This document shows positions 14,794-20,000 of a DNA stretch of 20,000 nt, in pieces; within the stretch, counting starts at the first letter, position 1, and each line of letters begins with the position of its first letter. Below the pieces are notes generated by a model. The model made no database searches and had not been told where the DNA came from. It worked only from the letters and a program-made list of their open reading frames with translations. Origin of the DNA: an uncultured virus (IMG/VR IMGVR_UViG_3300029922_000048) (taxonomy: Duplodnaviria; Heunggongvirae; Uroviricota; Caudoviricetes); the IMG/VR virus record IMGVR_UViG_3300029922_000048, one strand, 5' to 3'. Position numbers and translations under genes: made by a program.

Positions 14794-15274
14794 CAGTAAG
14801 CGTAACGTCAAGTACGTAAAAGCTGGGTTGGTGCTGACCGCCCTTGCAGTCGGAGCCATGCCAACTATCGTCGGAGGGGCCATCGCCATCAAGGTTGGTG
14901 GCCCACTCCTGAACGACATGTTGATGACGGCCTCCGGTAAGGTTCCGGCACCCACAAGCAGCAATGTCCCGAGGGAGAGATTGACACCAGGCTTTCTGCC
15001 ACGTTGTTACCACCAGTTGATCTACGGGATAGCCCCAGATTGGCGTAGTGAGAAGCGCGTGTGCAGTGAATGCCGAATACCCTACCAACAGGGTGTGCTG
15101 AAAAGCAAAGCTTGTTGGGAGCATATTCGCAAGACCGGCAGGGACGATTTTACCGCGCCGGTACTGGACAGTAGTGATCTACTCAGGACGATGGATGATC
15201 AGGAAGCAGTGGTCTTTCGAGAGTTCTGCAGAGCGCGGGGTAATCTGTGCGTTGAACAAATTCTCGCAGCATAG
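14759..15274 (+). CDS. hypothetical membrane-anchored protein with Cys/His residues (possible Zn finger)
   Basis: Hydrophobic N-terminal segment; CYH...CSEC; ends just before the terminator. Confidence 0.65.
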   Translation: MKDQGSPSTPDDSKRNVKYVKAGLVLTALAVGAMPTIVGGAIAIKVGGPLLNDMLMTASGKVPAPTSSNVPRERLTPGFLPRCYHQLIYGIAPDWRSEKRVCSECRIPYQQGVLKSKACWEHIRKTGRDDFTAPVLDSSDLLRTMDDQEAVVFREFCRARGNLCVEQILAA

Positions 15275-15276
15275 TT

Positions 15277-15315
15277 AAAAAAGGAGGGGAGGCATTTGCT
15301 GCTCCTCCTTTTTTT
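15277..15315. terminator. bidirectional rho-independent terminator between the convergent gene blocks
   Basis: AAAAAA-GGAGGGG...CTCCTCC-TTTTTTT between the + stop at 15274 and the - stop at 15318. Confidence 0.85.
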
Positions 15316-15317
15316 AG

Positions 15318-15782
15318 CTACCAGGACTGCAGGGAGTAGACCTTGTTGCCTACCCTGGCTGGGATGCCGGGGTAGATACGGTACAGGAGGGTATGGGTCG
15401 ATACTCCACCTGTGGTGGGACTAGAGGGAATCCCGAGTGCCTTCGCGGTCGCAATCGACATCTCGCCAATCTTGAGGCTGGGGCCTTGGTCACCCACTAC
15501 TGCATCGGTGTAGAGACCATTGGTGAGGTTCAGAACCTCGACCTTGCACCCCAGCACCATCGGCTTAACGCCTGCGAACAACTGCGGAGGTAGTACAATG
15601 TACTTATCCAGATCAGCATTTAGGTAGGGCTCATAGCTGGTCTGGGCCTGTTGGTCTGGGTCACCATGGGAGGAGCCTGTACCATCAGAGTCTATCATGG
15701 CCTCACCCCAAAGGAGGTAGCTTATATCACTACACAGCACTACCGGGGTTTCCTCGATGGTGTCGAAGAGAAGCATGCTCAT
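15318..15782 (-). CDS. glycoside hydrolase family 75 (chitosanase-like) protein, putative lysin
   Basis: MIDSDG, QTS..LNA..YIVLP and AVVGDQGPSLKIGEMSIATAKALG, the GH75 GD-x-GP...GE-x-S catalytic Asp/Glu pattern. Confidence 0.78.
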   Translation of the reverse strand: MSMLLFDTIEETPVVLCSDISYLLWGEAMIDSDGTGSSHGDPDQQAQTSYEPYLNADLDKYIVLPPQLFAGVKPMVLGCKVEVLNLTNGLYTDAVVGDQGPSLKIGEMSIATAKALGIPSSPTTGGVSTHTLLYRIYPGIPARVGNKVYSLQSW

Positions 15783-16255
15783 GGTTGATCGGGGAGATAT
15801 TGAGCCTTACGGTACTTTTCAAGGTACTGAAGGTCTTCAAGATGCTCTTCATCGATAGCCCACAGGAGATTCCCGTACGGGTCCTTCCATGGGGTAAGCC
15901 CCGCGTCAGGCAACAGTGTCTTGGCATACTGGGTCTTGAACCGTACAGGGTATTCAGAAATCAGAAGGTCATACTGGGCACGTTTGTTCTCAGTAATGAC
16001 ACCAAAGACGATGCCTTGGATTTTGCGGATATGACCCTGATCGTCCCAGCATAGAGTCGAGGTCAGCTTACGGGTGATCCACCCAACGTTATCGTGGTAG
16101 TTGATGAACCCGTTGCTATCCTGAGGATACTGTGGTGGTGTTGAAGAGTCCACTGCCGGGACCTCCGTGTGGACCGGGTCCGGAGAGACGGTGCCTGCGC
16201 ATCCTGCCAATGCGAGCGCTGCACCTAAGGTTAGTATCTGGATGGTTTTCCTCAC
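15779..16255 (-). CDS. lipoprotein, possibly a spanin-like lysis accessory
   Basis: Signal peptide with lipobox LAGC; 4-nt start/stop overlaps with both neighbouring genes. Confidence 0.72.
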   Translation of the reverse strand: MRKTIQILTLGAALALAGCAGTVSPDPVHTEVPAVDSSTPPQYPQDSNGFINYHDNVGWITRKLTSTLCWDDQGHIRKIQGIVFGVITENKRAQYDLLISEYPVRFKTQYAKTLLPDAGLTPWKDPYGNLLWAIDEEHLEDLQYLEKYRKAQYLPDQP

Positions 16256-16455
16256 AGGTCGTTCCTCGTAGAGTTTGAGTCTGCGTTGATTACGTCTGTA
16301 TTGGTCTGGTCGTCATCGTCAGCATCCTTCTTGGCAACATCGTTGTTGACCACGTCGGGCTGATTATTGGCAGCCGATCTTCCGGTGAGGTAGTTAAATA
16401 CACTCCCCACAGCGGCAATGAGCGGGCCGACAGCGCCAGTAATCCAGGTTGGCAC
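16252..16455 (-). CDS. small protein with an N-terminal TM helix and an acidic Asn/Asp tail
   Basis: Hydrophobic N-terminus; tightly packed between two lipoprotein genes. Confidence 0.6.
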   Translation of the reverse strand: MPTWITGAVGPLIAAVGSVFNYLTGRSAANNQPDVVNNDVAKKDADDDDQTNTDVINADSNSTRNDL

Positions 16456-16456
16456 G

Positions 16457-17056
16457 TTACTTGGTCGCCGGGCGCGAGTTGAGGGTTAGGGCCGGGGCTT
16501 TCAGGGTTGCGAGCAACGAAGCCGAGGGGGCCGGGGTCGTAACATAGCTGGCCGTGGCATCTTCAATCCCACCCGCAATGGCGTTCAGGAGGTCCGAGGC
16601 AGTCTTAGTGTCACCCGTAACTAGCTTGGGGTAGTAGGAGGCGTAGAGGGCACCAATCGTCGAGGCGAATCCTGCATAGGTGGCGTCCGCCTGGCTTCCA
16701 CCAAATCCCAATACTGTGGCCTGAAGCTGGGCAGGGGTCGGAAACGCTCCACCGGTCAGCGAGTAGATGGCACTGGCGGCCAGGTACATATCGTTCGCAT
16801 CACGTGTACGGGTACTGGCCTGCGTAACCGCAAAGTCCAGCGCTGCTCCCGTGGCTACGGCACTGCCGGTACGGATCAGCCCGAGGTTCGATTCGATAAA
16901 GTTGGTTACCGGCGTCGGAGGGGTTACTGAACCCGTTGAATTCGTAGCCGGAGGCGTAGGGGTTGGAGGATTAGGGGAGGTACCGCCACCTTGGCCGGAA
17001 CAGGCGCTGAGTGCCAGAACGGAGGCGACCGTGAGAGTATTAAGAAGGTTTTTCAT
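16457..17056 (-). CDS. lipoprotein with a Pro/Thr linker and a helical Ala-rich domain
   Basis: Signal peptide with lipobox LSAC, followed by a PNPPTPTPP linker. Confidence 0.75.
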   Translation of the reverse strand: MKNLLNTLTVASVLALSACSGQGGGTSPNPPTPTPPATNSTGSVTPPTPVTNFIESNLGLIRTGSAVATGAALDFAVTQASTRTRDANDMYLAASAIYSLTGGAFPTPAQLQATVLGFGGSQADATYAGFASTIGALYASYYPKLVTGDTKTASDLLNAIAGGIEDATASYVTTPAPSASLLATLKAPALTLNSRPATK

Positions 17057-17366
17057 TATTGAGTTTGAGTTTTAGGGTTGTGAGCTGTTCTTCAAGTCTT
17101 TTGTCGAACGTGCTCTTAGTTAGTATCGCTGCTACCCCCAAGATACCCGCGTTGAATGCGTTGTCAAGAAATTGGTAGGTCCAAACGTGATCGGTCATGA
17201 GCTTGAAGATGATGGTCCCGATGTCGAAGTGGTTACCCCCTAGGGTCTTTATAGCGTTCCAGGTATAACCCAATAAAAATCCCTTAGCAACCGTGGAGGC
17301 CAAATCAGTCTTGTTGATCGCCTCGATGGGGGCGAGGAATGCTTGGATACGGGTGGTGATGTTCAT
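17040..17366 (-). CDS. small membrane protein, holin-like
   Basis: 108 aa with hydrophobic segments and a charged C-terminus, upstream of the lipoproteins and hydrolase. The holin role is inferred from context. Confidence 0.5.
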   Translation of the reverse strand: MNITTRIQAFLAPIEAINKTDLASTVAKGFLLGYTWNAIKTLGGNHFDIGTIIFKLMTDHVWTYQFLDNAFNAGILGVAAILTKSTFDKRLEEQLTTLKLKLNNEKPS

Positions 17367-17387
17367 AGGGTTCTTGGCCCCGTCTTG

Positions 17388-17657
17388 TCAGGCGGGAGGA
17401 GCCATGAGGGCTGCCTGGACGGCGTTGAGCTTACCCTGCAGCAGGCTGATCGTCTGATTGGAATTGTCGATCAAGGTATTGTGGGCAGCTGCTTCCTGGG
17501 TAAGTTTCTCCACGTTGGCCCTCAGGGTAGCGTTTTCCTCAGTGAGGGCCGCATTTTGGGTGGTCAAGGAAGCAGAGCTGGCTTTCAGGACTTGGTACTG
17601 ATTAATGAAACCTTCGACGAAATCGATAGGAGGAACTGCAGGGGCATCGGTAGGCAT
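17388..17657 (-). CDS. coiled-coil protein
   Basis: Heptad pattern LKASSASLTTQNAALTEENATLRANVEKL. The start is either ATG 17657 or GTG 17693. Confidence 0.65.
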   Translation of the reverse strand: MPTDAPAVPPIDFVEGFINQYQVLKASSASLTTQNAALTEENATLRANVEKLTQEAAAHNTLIDNSNQTISLLQGKLNAVQAALMAPPA

Positions 17658-17705
17658 GGTGAGTAATAGGTAGGGGTTACTGACTTGCCTCACCTTAACC
17701 CCAGT

Positions 17706-18173
17706 TTAGCGGAAGAAGCAAGCTAATTTAGGATGGAATGCGTTGACCAACATCCCAGGCGATATCCGGAAGGCCGGGATACCTGGTAGGATGTGGACTC
17801 CAGACCGTCTCAGGACAGCAGTCGCCAGTTCTGAGCAGAACCAACGTAGGTGGTAATCGCTATCATGGCACTTGTGGGTCAAGAACCCCAGTACGCCCCT
17901 AATGTCGTATGGTTTACCGACTTGTTGCTCGACCCAATCGACTACTGTTTGACTAGTACGCCCACGGTAGATTGGGGTGGCGCGTGGAGGGACGTTGTTG
18001 AACCGAGTGACGCCGGTCTTGATGTCGGCTTCGTAGTAATCAGCCCCCAATGAGAACCCAATGTGTCCAAACCTGGATTTTGTCCAGGCGCACACAATCC
18101 ATGTGAATAACCGTGCAAGACCGCTATACGAGCCTGGTTGAAAGGCCCATATCTTTAATTCGACCGTCTTCAC
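17706..18173 (-). CDS. permuted papain-like NlpC/P60 enzyme (YiiX/YaeF-like)
   Basis: His precedes Cys: FGHIG...YEA...GKPYD...WFCSEL...ISPGML. Confidence 0.82.
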   Translation of the reverse strand: MKTVELKIWAFQPGSYSGLARLFTWIVCAWTKSRFGHIGFSLGADYYEADIKTGVTRFNNVPPRATPIYRGRTSQTVVDWVEQQVGKPYDIRGVLGFLTHKCHDSDYHLRWFCSELATAVLRRSGVHILPGIPAFRISPGMLVNAFHPKLACFFR

Positions 18174-18203
18174 GGGTGCTCTAGATGTTCTCGTCGATAC
18201 CCA

Positions 18204-18446
18204 TTACGACGACGGGGTTGGTGTCGGAATAACCGCCCAGGTGACAAACGCTTGCGAGCTTCCGTTAGGGAGAATGCGGAAGTTTAGACCCACCGCCTGG
18301 AATCCTGTGGGAGGAGTGATGTTGAGCCCGGCGATCAATGGGGTCAAGTAGGTCGAGACGAGAGTTGCAGTATCGGCGGCATCGGCGACGATGCGTGTAG
18401 GGGGCTGGGTTACGACTTGGGGGGGTGTTACGACTGTTGCGGGCAT
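18204..18446 (-). CDS. small Pro/Thr-rich hypothetical (possibly virion) protein
   Basis: Strong RBS context AAAGGAAAACACC-ATG. Confidence 0.7.
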   Translation of the reverse strand: MPATVVTPPQVVTQPPTRIVADAADTATLVSTYLTPLIAGLNITPPTGFQAVGLNFRILPNGSSQAFVTWAVIPTPTPSS

Positions 18447-18500
18447 GGTGTTTTCCTTTGGTTATGGTTCATGTTATCTCAGGCAAGAAAGCTCTGTCAA

Positions 18501-20000
18501 TTATTGATTTGCCAGAAGTGCAGCCCAATTGTAGGTGCTGTTATCAGTTGCAAGACCAGAGAATGCAATGGAACCTGCCGAGACTGTGGCCAACGGCGCG
18601 TATGTCCCCGGTGTTCCGCTGGATGTCTTGAGGGACATTACGATAACATCGCTAGTTGTAATAGCCGTGCTGGTTACTGAACCTACCCCTGATGCTAATG
18701 TAACTGTACCTGATCTGGCGTTGGAACCACCTTTGAGAGAAAATGTGGAACCAATAAACGAGACAGCTGTCAAGTTGCCTGAGCCATCAGACGTAATCTC
18801 CCCGCTATCTAACGAACTCGATCCGGCGATTTGTAGGTTGTGAACGAGATCGTCGTTGGGTACCGCACCAATAAGGACATTACCTCCGAAGGGTTGCAAG
18901 TATAGAGTTACATCGTTTGTAACACCCCATTGGGTAGCTTGAATTGATGCTGCCCACGTAGAGTTATCATTATTGAAGTATGGAGGGCCAACAGTACCCA
19001 AGTTAAATCCAACATTGTTACCGTCTGAAAGCCCGACCATGAACGGCCCTTGCACAGCATTCAACATCGTATTTTCGGATGTGCTTAACGATAAACAGGC
19101 AGCGTAAAGACTCCCCGCTGGGCCGATATTGACATTTCCTGTCGCTGAAAACGATGCAGCATTTATGTCCCCTAATCCATCTGAGGTAATAGCACCGCTG
19201 TCAAAATTCATTTCACTACCAGCGGCAAGATAATTAGCGTCATTGGTATACCCACTTACATTCAGAGGCCAGCCGGATGAAGCAGCGCCCGCTATAAGCC
19301 CACTAGCATCTCCAGTTAAGAACGTACCGTCTCCGGTAAAAGAGGTAGCGTGCAGATCACCCATGCCGTCCGAGTAGATTAACCCGCCATCGAAACCCAT
19401 TTCGTCAGGTAGATACTGCCATGTGGCATTGGTTCCATCCGATGTCAATACCTGCCCTGACAGACCATTCGAGGCCGTCATGTCCTGCAATCCACCTCTT
19501 AGGTAAAGAATGTCGTAGTTGTCTGCGAGAGGATGTCCACCACCATCTCCACCCCAATAAAGGACTCCGTAGGAATCTGCGATAGGGTGCCCACTACCAA
19601 GGCCGGGGTAGTTCAACAGTTGAGGTGTAACCGTAGGGTCGGTCATTACATTGCCATCACCGTAGTAGAGTCGTCCCGCAAAGTCAGCAATAGGAGTGCC
19701 CACTGTAGGGTATATGAGATATAACCCACTGTCGTTTACTGTTAAGTTCGACCCATCCCCGTAGTAAAGTTGAGAGTTGCTGTCAGATAGTTTGGATGTG
19801 CCGTTACCGTAGTAAAGGTTAGCTGCATTATCTGCGAGTGTTACACCAGTGCTGTAATACAGACGACCGGCTGTATCTGTCAGAAGTTGATCACCTGAAG
19901 GGTATTGAAGTTCTCCAGAACTATTGATAACCGTGATGTAACCCGCTTCACCATTTCCCCACTGCATGTTTCCAGAACCATCGGTGATGATAACACCACT
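18501..20000 (-). CDS. tail-fibre/receptor-binding-like repeat protein, 5'-truncated by the window edge
   Basis: The frame stays open upstream of 19967 to the window end (SGVIITDGSGN-MQW). Gly/Ser/Asp/Asn-rich, with GQVLTSDGT..W and two internal repeat types. Confidence 0.75.
   Translation of the reverse strand, partial: SGVIITDGSGNMQWGNGEAGYITVINSSGELQYPSGDQLLTDTAGRLYYSTGVTLADNAANLYYGNGTSKLSDSNSQLYYGDGSNLTVNDSGLYLIYPTVGTPIADFAGRLYYGDGNVMTDPTVTPQLLNYPGLGSGHPIADSYGVLYWGGDGGGHPLADNYDILYLRGGLQDMTASNGLSGQVLTSDGTNATWQYLPDEMGFDGGLIYSDGMGDLHATSFTGDGTFLTGDASGLIAGAASSGWPLNVSGYTNDANYLAAGSEMNFDSGAITSDGLGDINAASFSATGNVNIGPAGSLYAACLSLSTSENTMLNAVQGPFMVGLSDGNNVGFNLGTVGPPYFNNDNSTWAASIQATQWGVTNDVTLYLQPFGGNVLIGAVPNDDLVHNLQIAGSSSLDSGEITSDGSGNLTAVSFIGSTFSLKGGSNARSGTVTLASGVGSVTSTAITTSDVIVMSLKTSSGTPGTYAPLATVSAGSIAFSGLATDNSTYNWAALLANQ

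Noticed and set aside
1..20000. Amber (TAG) stop-codon reassignment suggested by the CTA-containing loops
   Set aside because: Genes are full length under the standard code, and TAG ends several genes at sensible positions (209, 2190, 10963, 15274, 15318).

Overview
This window looks like part of a large tailed-phage genome using the standard genetic code. It has no integrase, no CRISPR array and no cellular housekeeping operon. The + strand (1-15274) carries five blocks. (1) The 3' end of a JAB/JAMM isopeptidase, missing from the ORF track, overlaps a ThiF/E1-like enzyme. (2) A recombination block holds a putative ssDNA-binding protein, a RecA/UvsX-like recombinase and a RuvC-like resolvase, followed by a BCS1-like AAA ATPase. 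(3) A ~2.6 kb RNA-gene island holds a tmRNA, a free-standing HNH endonuclease, tRNA-Asp and tRNA-Glu, then about 1 kb of packed non-canonical tRNA-like and structured RNAs, several with a tRNA-like body but a remodelled anticodon arm. (4) A J-domain/kinase-like gene, a vWA gene and a divergent adenylosuccinate-synthetase-like gene form a module. (5) Several hypothetical genes follow. A bidirectional terminator at ~15277-15315 separates these from a convergent - strand late block: a repeat-rich tail-fibre-like protein, a permuted NlpC/P60 enzyme, a holin-like protein, two lipoproteins and a GH75 chitosanase-like putative lysin. The best candidates for new biology are the anticodon-remodelled tRNA-like array, the phage JAB+E1 pair and the PurA paralogue with a replaced aspartate-binding loop. 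All calls come from reading motifs and base-pairing by eye; no searches or folding programs were run.
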